Of a stretch of DNA of 64,000 bases, positions 1 to 10,089 are shown in pieces. The notes beneath the pieces were generated by a model that ran no database searches, had not been told where the DNA came from, and saw nothing but the letters and a program-made list of their open reading frames with translations. The position numbers were made by a program, and so were the translations under genes. Each line of letters starts with the position of its first letter. The first letter of the stretch is position 1. The DNA is from Promethearchaeota archaeon Loki_b32 (GTDB lineage: Archaea > Asgardarchaeota > Lokiarchaeia > Sigyniarchaeales > SOKP01). The stretch covers positions 1 to 64,000 of the forward strand of contig NJBH01000017.1 of NCBI GenBank assembly GCA_005223125.1. Reading direction: 5' to 3'.

Positions 1-2
1 TT

Positions 3-392
3 GGATATCGTTTTTATAAAAAACAAGAAAAAGAATCTCGAGTAGTAAATATACCTCTTGAATCCAAACTTATAAATCTTAAAATTCTTAAAGATTCAGG
101 AAGATTAGAGGAATCTATATCATATTTATTTAATGCAATTTATATGGATTTAATTAATGCTAAGTATGGTAGAGTTAGGAAAGAAAATGAAACAATTCGG
201 GATTTTGCTATAATCTCTGTTAAAGAATTAAGATTAACTCCTGCGGCGGTATACCCATTTATCCAAAGAGTTGAGGCAATAATCTATGCAAAGCCTTTTA
301 AAATAACAGAAAATGATTTCTATAACACATGTGAATTATTTTCACCAATATATTTCCAATTAACAGGATTTAATTTTGCATTGAATTTTTAA
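3..392 (+). CDS. 5'-truncated protein with a C-terminal DUF4129-like domain (MoxR/DUF58 cluster)
   Basis: The frame of ORF 144..392 is open back to position 3 (GYRFYKKQEKESRVVNIPLESKL...), so the gene starts before the window. ETIRDFAI / VYPFIQRVEAIIY is paralogous to the next ORF. Confidence 0.65.
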   Translation, partial: GYRFYKKQEKESRVVNIPLESKLINLKILKDSGRLEESISYLFNAIYMDLINAKYGRVRKENETIRDFAIISVKELRLTPAAVYPFIQRVEAIIYAKPFKITENDFYNTCELFSPIYFQLTGFNFALNF

Positions 393-522
393 TTAAGTTT
401 TACATAAAAATACTAAAAAATAATAAATATTAAATAAAAAAAGTTGTACAAAAAAATTATAAATTTGAAAAAAATTATTAAATAAATTATTTAAAAAAGT
501 ACAGAAATAGGTAAGAAAAAAA

Positions 523-900
523 ATGGCTAAAAAGAAAAAAAAACAAGTAGAACCAGAAATAGATATTAAACAGAGACTTGCTAATGTAAAAATTTTAGTT
601 GAAACTAATAGAGCTAAGGAGGCAATTGCGTATATTTATCTTATATATGACGATATTATCAATACTAAATTCAAAAAACCAAGATTAGCTTATCAGACTA
701 TTCGTGAATATGCAATTGAATGTGTAAATGAATTAGAAAAGAAGCTTAAGCCAGAATCGGTATATCCCTTCATAAAAAAAATTGAAGACATTATTTATGG
801 TGGTGTAGACCCAACAAATAAAGAATTGAATTTCGCAATTGATTTGTTTTCCAATTTATACAATGAAATTACGGGAAAAACGTTCAATTTCAAGTTATAG
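523..900 (+). CDS. DUF4129-like small helical protein
   Basis: QTIREYA...VYPFIKKIEDIIYG pattern; paralogue of the upstream C-terminal domain; MoxR cluster context. Confidence 0.6.
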   Translation: MAKKKKKQVEPEIDIKQRLANVKILVETNRAKEAIAYIYLIYDDIINTKFKKPRLAYQTIREYAIECVNELEKKLKPESVYPFIKKIEDIIYGGVDPTNKELNFAIDLFSNLYNEITGKTFNFKL

Positions 901-971
901 AGAGATAATTTATAAAATTTTAAGGAAATTATTTCAAATAGTATAAAAAATAAAAAAAAATCAAAATCAAA

Positions 972-2750
972 ATGGTAAAACCGGGAAAAGCATCTAAAAA
1001 AAGTATTAATATCTCAAAAGGGATTATATTTACATTTTTTACAATATATTTCATAGTTTTTGGATTAATTATTAGTGAGTTTACAGACTCATTAAAAAAA
1101 GATAATCCAACAAGTTTTCCTGTTTTTATGACTTATATACCTCTTTTATGTTATGTTGGCGCCTTATTCTGTGGAATTAGTTTTATTATATTTATTAGAA
1201 ATGCTACTTCCCAAAAAGTGCGACAAACACAGTCCCGAAAAAAAATCAAAACAGGTTCAATATATAAGCAAGCATTATTTTTGATAATTTTTATTTTTGT
1301 ATTTATTCCTTTATTTTCCCCAATGATTGACCAGGGAAAAAATGATCAAAATTTCTCAATATATAATTATAGATGGAATGGAGCTTCTGATTTTAAACAA
1401 ATGATAGATGAAGAAGAAGATTATGACGTAATGGCAGTACAATCAAGTTTAAGTGCCACTGAACGGCTAGATAAAAAAATTCTATTAGTTTTATTAGGAC
1501 CAAACCAATTTTATGACCCAATTTTCGAAATACCCTATTTTATAAATTTCTTTCAAGCTGGAAATTCGCTATTATTATGTCATGACCATGGTTCCACAAG
1601 CACCTTGTTATGGGAAATTTTTATTGCCAATCTACTTGGTATGTTTAGTCAAAATGTGACGGAAATGTTTCCGGTTACATTATTTCCTAATGGAATTTTA
1701 CATGATAATGAATCTTATGATCCAACACCTCAATTTCCTGTAATTCGAGATTTCAATTCTCATCCTACAACAGAAGGGATAGAGGAAGTTATTCTCTCAG
1801 TTGCCTCTTGTGCTGCTGGAGGTCCGCTTGTAGAATTTTTTGGATGGGATATTATAGGTTCTGCTAGTGATACATATAGTTTTGTGGATAAAAATGGCAA
1901 TGGTAAAGTGGATCCTGATATTGATGTCCTTGATATAGGATTCATAGGTGAAGCACTTTTTGACCAGGGATTTCCTGCTGACGCATTGAAAATTCCTTTG
2001 TACCATCCTCTAACACCCCATGTTTTTTTGGCTAAAGAATTGGGAAATTCTCGTATATTTGTATCAGCAGATGCAAGTTTGTTTAATAATGAATTAATAA
2101 ATGAACCCGGCTATGATAATCGTAAATTTGGTAAAAATATAATTGATTGGCTTACTTATAATGATAATGGAGCGGGAGGAAACAAAGATGATTGGGTTGT
2201 AGTCTTCGATGAAGCGCATATACGTCCAGAATATTCGAGAGATCTGAGTTCTGCGGGGATTTATGGCTTCATTATGCAATATATAGTACATTTATCTACA
2301 AATCCTATAACAGCATGGATTTATCCCGTACTTGCATTATATACATTAAGGAAATACCTACCAAAAAAAGATAAAAAGAAAGAAGAAGAAAAAATTGCTA
2401 AAGAGGAGGAAAAGAAAGAAGAAATGGCCAGGTTTCGAACTTCTTCATTTTTTGCCCAAAAAATTGAAGAATATAAAGATAAGATGAAATATGGAGAAGC
2501 GTTAAAATTACTTTACAGAAGGTTAGAAAGAAAATTAAATACTCAATTAAGAGGTAAAAAAATATCTACTAAAAATGTAATAGATTTGGTCATTGGTAAA
2601 GATCCTTCAACAACAAAATTAAAAATCAAAAGATTAAGTAAATTTATGGATAGGATTTTATCAATTAAAGAAGGAAAATATAAAATAAAAACTGAACAAG
2701 ATTTCGAAGAATTATTTTTCGAGATGGGTTGGGCAGTTAATAATATTTAA
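972..2750 (+). CDS. membrane protein with a DUF4350-like extracytoplasmic domain
   Basis: Three N-terminal TM segments, FSIYNYRWNGASDF, SADASLFNNELI, VVFDEAH, a C-terminal TM and a helical tail; directly upstream of MoxR. Confidence 0.6.
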   Translation: MVKPGKASKKSINISKGIIFTFFTIYFIVFGLIISEFTDSLKKDNPTSFPVFMTYIPLLCYVGALFCGISFIIFIRNATSQKVRQTQSRKKIKTGSIYKQALFLIIFIFVFIPLFSPMIDQGKNDQNFSIYNYRWNGASDFKQMIDEEEDYDVMAVQSSLSATERLDKKILLVLLGPNQFYDPIFEIPYFINFFQAGNSLLLCHDHGSTSTLLWEIFIANLLGMFSQNVTEMFPVTLFPNGILHDNESYDPTPQFPVIRDFNSHPTTEGIEEVILSVASCAAGGPLVEFFGWDIIGSASDTYSFVDKNGNGKVDPDIDVLDIGFIGEALFDQGFPADALKIPLYHPLTPHVFLAKELGNSRIFVSADASLFNNELINEPGYDNRKFGKNIIDWLTYNDNGAGGNKDDWVVVFDEAHIRPEYSRDLSSAGIYGFIMQYIVHLSTNPITAWIYPVLALYTLRKYLPKKDKKKEEEKIAKEEEKKEEMARFRTSSFFAQKIEEYKDKMKYGEALKLLYRRLERKLNTQLRGKKISTKNVIDLVIGKDPSTTKLKIKRLSKFMDRILSIKEGKYKIKTEQDFEELFFEMGWAVNNI

Positions 2751-2818
2751 TCAAATTTAAAATATAAAATAAGAAAATTAAAGAAAAAAAGGAAAATAAT
2801 TAAAGAGGTTGTTAAAAT

Positions 2819-3799
2819 ATGGAAACTCCAGATAAAGCAAAGTATTATGACCACGAAGAAATTGATGTAACACCCATAAGAGAGATTGCACAAGAAGTAC
2901 TAAGTGAAGTGTCTAGAGTGATAGTAGGTTATGGAGAAATTCTCCAACAACTTTTTATCGCGCTCTTAGTAAATGGACATGTTCTATTGGAAGGAGTTCC
3001 AGGTCTCGGAAAAACTGTTATGGCAAAAACATATGCTCGTACTCTTGGTATATCTTTTCGTAGAGTTCAATTTACACCAGATTTACTCCCAGCAGATATT
3101 ACTGGTACAAAGATTTTTGATCAAAATGAAGGTGCATTTATTCTCCAAAAGGGACCTATATTTGCAAATGTAGTTCTTGCCGATGAAATTAACAGAGCCG
3201 CTCCTAAAACTCAAGCAGCTCTTCTAGAGGCTATGGCCGAGCGACAAGTAACTATTGAAGGCCAAACACTAGTACTTGAAAAGCCCTTTATTGTTGTTGC
3301 TACTGAGAACCCTGTAGAAATGGAAGGAACATATCCCTTGCCCGAGGCACAAATTGATCGATTTTTGTTCAAACTCTGGCTTGATTATCCAGAACAAGAT
3401 GAAGAGGTAGAAATTATGAGAAGACAGATTTCAGGTGAGTCTCCTTCAATAGAAGCTATAACTAATGGGGAAGAGATTCTTGCAGCTCAAAAGATCATGA
3501 ATCTAGTTTATATTGATGATCGTATCTTAAAATATATCAGAGACCTTATATTAAAGACTCGAAATCATCCTCAGATTGCTCTTGGATGTGGACCTAGAGC
3601 TTCACTCACCTTAATGAAAAGTGCTAAAGCAAGAGCTGCCATACTTGGCCGTATCTATGTTACTCCTGATGATGTACGAGCTTTAATAGTTCCTGCATTA
3701 AATCATCGACTTCTCTTAAAACCAGAAACAGAACTCGAAGGTCTTGATACAAAAGCAGTGTTAAAATCAATTATCGAAGAAATTCCTATCCCAATTTAA
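2819..3799 (+). CDS. moxR: MoxR family AAA+ ATPase
   Basis: GHVLLEGVPGLGKT, RVQFTPDLLPADITG, LADEINRAAPKTQAALLEAM, GTYPLPEAQIDRF. Confidence 0.95.
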   Translation: METPDKAKYYDHEEIDVTPIREIAQEVLSEVSRVIVGYGEILQQLFIALLVNGHVLLEGVPGLGKTVMAKTYARTLGISFRRVQFTPDLLPADITGTKIFDQNEGAFILQKGPIFANVVLADEINRAAPKTQAALLEAMAERQVTIEGQTLVLEKPFIVVATENPVEMEGTYPLPEAQIDRFLFKLWLDYPEQDEEVEIMRRQISGESPSIEAITNGEEILAAQKIMNLVYIDDRILKYIRDLILKTRNHPQIALGCGPRASLTLMKSAKARAAILGRIYVTPDDVRALIVPALNHRLLLKPETELEGLDTKAVLKSIIEEIPIPI

Positions 3800-4029
3800 A
3801 AAATTCAATTTTTTTTTAAATTGGTGTTGAATTTAAATCATAAAATAAAATAAAAAAGGTAAAAACACAGCGGTGGAAAAACATTTTAGGAGGAAAAGGA
3901 AGAAGTTTAATTCTATTTGCTGTATTTTTTCTTACAGCCGGATTTGCATTTGAAAATTATTTCTTAATCTACTTCGCAATTTTATTATTATTTAGTACAA
4001 TTATTAGTTTACCTGTTTTCTACTATAAG

Positions 4030-5211
4030 ATGAATGTAGAAGAATTACGAGTACATAGAGAACTCGAAAAGGAAAAAGTGTTCAAAGACGATTTCGTTCA
4101 TGTAAAAGTGGTTATTGAAAATATAGGTCGAAATAGCTTTGATTTTATTGAAATAAGAGATAACTACAACCCACAGCTTTTTAGATTAATTTTAGGTGAA
4201 AATTTTATATCTACAAGAATTGGTCCTAAAGCAGTCATTAAATTCTCTTACGTTCTTGAACCAAAAGTAAGAGGTGAATATGCACTTGGACCTTTATCAA
4301 TTATAGTTAAGGACAGATTAGGTTTTAATTCATTAGAGAGAATTGTTCCAGATAGTGTTACTGATATACTAATATATCCTCCTTATGAAGATATTAAAAG
4401 AATTGAAATACTAGGTTCTAAAAGATCATTACAACTTAACTATGGTATCCAAAGATCGAAACAAAAAGGGCTTGGTTCAGAATTTTATGGTATGAGAAAG
4501 TACGTTTTTGGAGATCAATTTAGGTTAATAAATTGGAAAGCAAGTGCCCGCTATCAAAAATTAATTGTTAAGGAATATGAAAGTGAAAGAGATGTAACTG
4601 TTATGATTTTAGTAGATTCTTCAGATACAATGGCAGGAGGGGCTATTGAAAATACAAAATTTGAATATGCAATAAGAGCATGTATGCTTTTAACAAAAGT
4701 AGCACTAACCCGAAGGGATAATGTAGGTGTATTTACTTTTTCAGATAAAAAGAATCTTAATTTCCTGAAACCGAATAGTGGAGAAGAACATTTCTATAAA
4801 GTTCTAGATTTTGTTGCAAGGGTGAAACCACAAGGAAAATGTAAAATGATTGAAGCAATGGATCATTTTACTAGACGTTTTCAAAAGCGAAGTTTAATTT
4901 TCATTATTTCTGATTTGGAGGCAAATCCTAAAGATATTACACAGGCTATTAAAAAATTAGTACCTTTTAATCATTCTATCATTGTTATTAATCCATTCAG
5001 TCCATGGTTTGAGATTCATGAAATAGATTTGTCTTCAACAGATAAAGCTTTAGCAGAAGCAATTAGTGAAGAAATGATGGAACATATTTTAAGTACTAGA
5101 CAAGTTCTTCGAAATCTGGGTATTAATATAATAACATGTGGGCCTGATGATATGATGAATCAAGTTTTAAGTAACTATATGGAAGCAAAGAAAAAGGGGA
5201 AGGCGTATTAA
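4030..5211 (+). CDS. DUF58 / vWA-domain protein (true start probably upstream, near 3883)
   Basis: EFYGMRKYVFGDQFRLINWKASAR, LIVKEYESE, MIDAS-like DSSDTM, IISDL; follows moxR. Confidence 0.9.
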   Translation: MNVEELRVHRELEKEKVFKDDFVHVKVVIENIGRNSFDFIEIRDNYNPQLFRLILGENFISTRIGPKAVIKFSYVLEPKVRGEYALGPLSIIVKDRLGFNSLERIVPDSVTDILIYPPYEDIKRIEILGSKRSLQLNYGIQRSKQKGLGSEFYGMRKYVFGDQFRLINWKASARYQKLIVKEYESERDVTVMILVDSSDTMAGGAIENTKFEYAIRACMLLTKVALTRRDNVGVFTFSDKKNLNFLKPNSGEEHFYKVLDFVARVKPQGKCKMIEAMDHFTRRFQKRSLIFIISDLEANPKDITQAIKKLVPFNHSIIVINPFSPWFEIHEIDLSSTDKALAEAISEEMMEHILSTRQVLRNLGINIITCGPDDMMNQVLSNYMEAKKKGKAY

Positions 5212-5214
5212 AAA

Positions 5215-6651
5215 ATGGCTCGTGGGTATTTGTTAACATTAAAAATTATCAATCTAGCAGTATTCTCCTTCATTATTACTGTTTTTCTAATATCTATTTT
5301 TGATTTTGATACTGTAATAGTCACAGCTGACGATGAATTTGTAATATTAGCCTTTTTTGGAGCAGTAAAAAATGTATTTTCATACATAATTTATGGAGTC
5401 AGTTTACTTATTGCCTATGGTTGTACGTTTGTAATTGCGAGTATATCTCAAAGTAATTTTATGTTTGATTTTGTTCATGGATTTTTCGAAGGCTATCTAA
5501 GTAAATGGTTTTCAGTACCCCAACCTGAGATACAAAATATCCCATCGTTAATTTTTGATGAATTGGGTGTGTTATTTAATGATCTTTATTTGTTTATTTT
5601 TCAAATTTTATTCGTAATAGCAGTTATTTATGCAATTAGAGGTTTTTTCAAAAGCGATCCTAAACATTCATTTGTTTCAATTGGTTCAATAATTTTAATG
5701 ATTATTGTCACTCTAATGGTGGCCGGATTAAGAGATATGTTGAATTTATTCAATGTTCATTTTACTTATTTGGATGAGATGGCTAACCCTCTTGACTCAA
5801 TATTATTCGAGATCCCAATTGATAATTTTTTTGCTTTTATAGCAAGTCCGGTTATTTTATTCAGTATTATCTCTTACATTTATTTAGAACTTGCATTCCA
5901 GATCAATTATGCTGATACGGTCACAAAACCCTCCTTAGAGAGAAGTGATAGATTAGAAGCTCAATTGAATATTCTTGCAAGAGAATCACATTTTGTAACA
6001 GCTAATATTGATAAAATAAAAGAGGAAGCAAAAGAGAAGATGAGACAAATTGAATTAGAGCAAAAAGAGGGATTAGCTATTGGAAAATTCTTCGCCAAAA
6101 CAGGCAAACGATTCTCATACGTAAAAGAAATGATAGAAAGGAAAAAGTTAGAGGAAGAGGAGAAAAAATTAGTAACTGCGGCCTCTAAGACAAGAAGACT
6201 CGGGAGATATATAGAACGTCTTTTCCAGGAGGACACTGAAGCCAGAGAAACATTAACTGCAAAATCATCAGCACCACGGGCTCGAAATCTAGCAACATCA
6301 ACATTATTAAACTTCATATATCGTGTAGGTTTACTTTTAATCATAAGTTATATTATAATACACCCACATTGGTTTTTAGACACAGTAATACAATTACCCG
6401 ATGCGATTACTGAGAGTGTTGCAATGTTCTCTCCAGAAGTTATCATAATTCTATTAGCCCCAATCATGCTAATTTTTCCAGTAATTTCTAAATTAATTTC
6501 ATTTATTAAACATAGAAATTTAATTATTAGATTGCAACAAGAAGGCCGGATAAAGGAACTTCTAATTTCAGTTGGAGATTATGTTAAAAAAGAAGAAGTT
6601 GAAGTGGCATTGGAAGATGAAGCTGAAGAAGTAGCAACTGAATCTGCATAA
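5215..6651 (+). CDS. multi-pass membrane protein with a cytoplasmic coiled-coil
   Basis: Several hydrophobic segments around a charged helical region; 3 nt after the DUF58 stop. Confidence 0.7.
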   Translation: MARGYLLTLKIINLAVFSFIITVFLISIFDFDTVIVTADDEFVILAFFGAVKNVFSYIIYGVSLLIAYGCTFVIASISQSNFMFDFVHGFFEGYLSKWFSVPQPEIQNIPSLIFDELGVLFNDLYLFIFQILFVIAVIYAIRGFFKSDPKHSFVSIGSIILMIIVTLMVAGLRDMLNLFNVHFTYLDEMANPLDSILFEIPIDNFFAFIASPVILFSIISYIYLELAFQINYADTVTKPSLERSDRLEAQLNILARESHFVTANIDKIKEEAKEKMRQIELEQKEGLAIGKFFAKTGKRFSYVKEMIERKKLEEEEKKLVTAASKTRRLGRYIERLFQEDTEARETLTAKSSAPRARNLATSTLLNFIYRVGLLLIISYIIIHPHWFLDTVIQLPDAITESVAMFSPEVIIILLAPIMLIFPVISKLISFIKHRNLIIRLQQEGRIKELLISVGDYVKKEEVEVALEDEAEEVATESA

Positions 6652-6668
6652 CTATAATTTTTTATAAA

Positions 6669-7598
6669 TTATAGATTTATTACATATTGAGCCAATTCTA
6701 TCTTTTTTCTTAAATCTACCATCAAAGTATCAAAACAATAAGTATTTATTCCTAATTCTTCAACTTTGGGTTTAAAAAAGCAATCTTTAATATCAATAAT
6801 AAAATTTCCTAAGAATTCCTTATAAAAATTTGCAACACCTAAGCATGAGATCTCTAAACCGATGCAATTCATCAATTTATCTGCTGGACCTTTAACGGTG
6901 GCTCCTTCTATAATTGGACTTATTCCAAAAACTCTATCCTTAACATTAGAAAGTGCTTCTTTTATTCCTTTCACTTGAAGGATAGTTCCTATTGATACAA
7001 TAGGATTTGATGGACATATTATTATTTTTTTAGCTTTTTTTATATAATTTAATACATTATTAACAGGTGTTGCTTTTTCAATCCCTCTAAATTCAATCTT
7101 TAGAACCTTTGGTTTACACTGGTGTTTAATGAAATACTCTTCGAAATGCATAGATTTTGAAGGTGTATAAATATATGTCTCAACTGATTCATTTGTCATA
7201 GGAATAAGATGAGATTTCACTCCTAAATTGTGACATATCAATTTTGTTATCTCTGCTTTACTAAAACCTTGTTTAAATAAATCAGTACGATAGATATGAG
7301 TAGCTAAATCTTTATCACCAATGTTAAACCATCCAGAATCATAGTATTTCTTTAAGATGGTTAAACAATTAAATGATTCATCAATAAATCCCCATCCTTT
7401 TTCTTTATCAACTAAATTTGCTAATGTATAAGTAATTATATCCAAATCGGGACATATTTTAAGTCCAAACAATTCGATATCATCACCAGTATTTATAATG
7501 ATTTTCAATAATTCTGGTTTAATTACATGAGCCAATCCTTCAATTAATTTTGCTGCTCCAACACCCCCTGCTAAAATTACATAATAGTCTTCTTTCAT
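6669..7598 (-). CDS. cofD: 2-phospho-L-lactate (LPPG/EPPG:FO) transferase
   Basis: LAGGVGAAK, NTGDD, CPDLD, GDKDLATH, PSNPIVSIG, KGPADKLM. Start placed at the ATG of MKEDYY. Confidence 0.93.
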   Translation of the reverse strand: MKEDYYVILAGGVGAAKLIEGLAHVIKPELLKIIINTGDDIELFGLKICPDLDIITYTLANLVDKEKGWGFIDESFNCLTILKKYYDSGWFNIGDKDLATHIYRTDLFKQGFSKAEITKLICHNLGVKSHLIPMTNESVETYIYTPSKSMHFEEYFIKHQCKPKVLKIEFRGIEKATPVNNVLNYIKKAKKIIICPSNPIVSIGTILQVKGIKEALSNVKDRVFGISPIIEGATVKGPADKLMNCIGLEISCLGVANFYKEFLGNFIIDIKDCFFKPKVEELGINTYCFDTLMVDLRKKIELAQYVINL

Positions 7599-7608
7599 TT
7601 TTCTTCTT

Positions 7609-9021
7609 TTAAATGATAGGTTCAAATAATATATCTTTCAATTCTTTACGATTTGGTGCTTTTACAGCTTTAAGAGGATATCCAACTGTAAAAAATGCCA
7701 TTGGGATATATGTATCAGGAAGTTGTAAACTTTCTTTTATAATATCTTTCGCAAAGATAGGTGCACAATACCAGCATGCTGCTAATTTTTTCATTTCAAA
7801 AGCTAGGAGAAGATATGTTGCCGAACTACTAATACTTTGGATACCTAAAATAAATTCATTTTGTGTTCTCTCAGGATCGGGATATTTTTCTAAATCTAAT
7901 GAATCTAAACATAATATTATTAAAATTGGGGCTTTAACGAAATTGTTTCTTGTTCCTTCTATTTTAAGTTTAATGAATTCTTTTGATTTACCATTTTTCT
8001 GTAAATCATTTCGTAATTTTTCATTCATTTTATCTATCAAATTTACACGTGTTTTATCTCTTTCCAATATTGTATATCTCCAAAATTGTCCATTATGAGC
8101 ACTCGGAGCCCAGCGCGCAAGCTCAATACATTCTTCAATAATTTTTTTATCAACAATTCTAGGTGCAAATGGCAATTTATAGCTCCTACGATTTTTAAGC
8201 AATTTATTTATCATGTTTACTTCATTATCCCGGAAAATATCAATCTCCTTCTTTCTTAATATAGATTTAATTGATGTTTTCTCATTAAATTCAAAATTAT
8301 ATCCTCTTATTAACACAATTGGAATTCCCTCATCCGATTCACCCATAACTAATTGTGCTGCAGCAGCAATACTATCAACTTGACCAATTATAGTTGTCTG
8401 GAGTTCATATCCAAATAAATCCTTTTTACCTCGTACATCCAAAATTGGATTTATACCTGATACTCCGATAGCGGTTCCGATAGCTCCCAATCTAAAAGGT
8501 CTCCCAAAAGAATCCGATATTATTATAGCAATTTCCTTTTTGGTTTTGTTCTTCAATGTTATTCTTATTTTTTCAGCTTCATTATCTGGGTTTTTAGGTA
8601 AAAGGGTCACTATTCCTTCACCTTCAACATTAGACTTATCTATTCCAGCATCTGCACAAATGAATCCATGATTAGTTTCAGTTATTAATACATGTTGACT
8701 TTTTATAATTTGCTCAGATTCATCTAAAATAGCTTGTATTAATTGCGGCTTTTTTTCTGGTAATCCATGCAGTTTTGTCTTTGGCATAATAGATTTGTAA
8801 ATTTCAAGAGCTTTCTCACTGGGTACGATTTCATTTAAATTCCTCGTTCTTCCACTGCTTTTAGAAATGATTGTTTGAGCAATAACAATAATATCTCCAT
8901 CTTGTAAGGGTAATCCATTTCTATCTAAAGCCTTTATTATAATATCAGAGATATTATCCCCCTTTTTAATTAATGGAATTTCTTTTAACCCAATAATTTT
9001 TATTTTATCTTTAAAACTCAT
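7609..9021 (-). CDS. cofE: F420-0:gamma-glutamyl ligase fused to a C-terminal nitroreductase domain (FbiB-like)
   Basis: N-terminal ADAGIDKSN, SDSFGRPFRLG, LVMGESDEGIP; C-terminal RRSYK, ARWAPSAHNGQFW, VGYP. Confidence 0.9.
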   Translation of the reverse strand: MSFKDKIKIIGLKEIPLIKKGDNISDIIIKALDRNGLPLQDGDIIVIAQTIISKSSGRTRNLNEIVPSEKALEIYKSIMPKTKLHGLPEKKPQLIQAILDESEQIIKSQHVLITETNHGFICADAGIDKSNVEGEGIVTLLPKNPDNEAEKIRITLKNKTKKEIAIIISDSFGRPFRLGAIGTAIGVSGINPILDVRGKKDLFGYELQTTIIGQVDSIAAAAQLVMGESDEGIPIVLIRGYNFEFNEKTSIKSILRKKEIDIFRDNEVNMINKLLKNRRSYKLPFAPRIVDKKIIEECIELARWAPSAHNGQFWRYTILERDKTRVNLIDKMNEKLRNDLQKNGKSKEFIKLKIEGTRNNFVKAPILIILCLDSLDLEKYPDPERTQNEFILGIQSISSSATYLLLAFEMKKLAACWYCAPIFAKDIIKESLQLPDTYIPMAFFTVGYPLKAVKAPNRKELKDILFEPII

Positions 9022-9033
9022 GATACGACAATT

Positions 9034-10089
9034 TTAGATATTAAAATATCTTTTTATATCTGATTTTTTACTTTCAGCTAACTTTTCAAATTTATTAGGG
9101 ATTGCACAACATGCAGAAAAATACTTAAATTGGATTTTAGAATTGTAGTTTTTTAGCCATTTTAAAGTGTCTTTAGATGGAATTTCAATTCTTGTTATAC
9201 CCGCTTTAATTGCAACTTTTTCAATCTCATTCTTAATTTTTCCGCGTGGTCTCATACACCCTAATGAAATTTCTGTTTTAGGAAAAACCAATCTTAAGAC
9301 AGCTATAACTTTCGCTATTTCTTCTGGTTTTGGTGACTCGAATTTGATCTTGGAATCTTTAGGAGGAATTAAAATAATAATAACGATTAAAGACGGGTTA
9401 ATTTCAGTTTCCTTAATAAATTTAATAGATTCTAATTCTTTATTGAGTCTTCCATAATATAAGCCAATACAAATATGAGGTACAATATTTAAATCATATT
9501 CTTTTAACAACTTTATTGCCGTTTTGTATTCACTTAATTCAATATCTAAATGATAAATATTCCGTACAACTTCTTCATCCATATTTATATCAAAAGATAC
9601 TATATCAACATCAGCATCTGCAAGTCTCCTTGCAGTTTCTTCATTTAGTAGGCCGGTATGAGTATTAATAATTAAATTTGTTTCTCTCTTCACTCTTTTG
9701 ATAGTATCTATAAAATCTAATAAAGGAACAGAACCATCAGAGCTGCTACCACCAGAAATTAAAGCTCCTACCCCATTATTTTTCGAAAGTTTTATTAAAA
9801 AATCCTCTAAATCCTTTTTCTCTAATATCTGTTCCATTCCGTGCAAATATTTTTTATTACAATGCTCGCACTCTAAGGCACATTCAGTCCCTGTAATACT
9901 TATAGCAGGAAATCTCTTTGTAGGATTATATATTTTTAAAATATTACCAAAATTTTTACGAGTAATCTTCTGAGCTAGTGTGAATACGGGTTCTAAATCA
10001 TTTGAATCTAAGTTTAAAAGCATTGTAAAATCTAACCATGATCCTAATCCAGATTCGACCTTATCCAATAATAATTGAGTTTTATTCAT
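9034..10089 (-). CDS. lipS1: radical SAM lipoyl synthase subunit, LipS1-type
   Basis: CALECEHC (CX3CX2C), SLGCMRP and C-terminal ACC motifs; adjacent to a lipoate ligase. Confidence 0.8.
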   Translation of the reverse strand: MNKTQLLLDKVESGLGSWLDFTMLLNLDSNDLEPVFTLAQKITRKNFGNILKIYNPTKRFPAISITGTECALECEHCNKKYLHGMEQILEKKDLEDFLIKLSKNNGVGALISGGSSSDGSVPLLDFIDTIKRVKRETNLIINTHTGLLNEETARRLADADVDIVSFDINMDEEVVRNIYHLDIELSEYKTAIKLLKEYDLNIVPHICIGLYYGRLNKELESIKFIKETEINPSLIVIIILIPPKDSKIKFESPKPEEIAKVIAVLRLVFPKTEISLGCMRPRGKIKNEIEKVAIKAGITRIEIPSKDTLKWLKNYNSKIQFKYFSACCAIPNKFEKLAESKKSDIKRYFNI

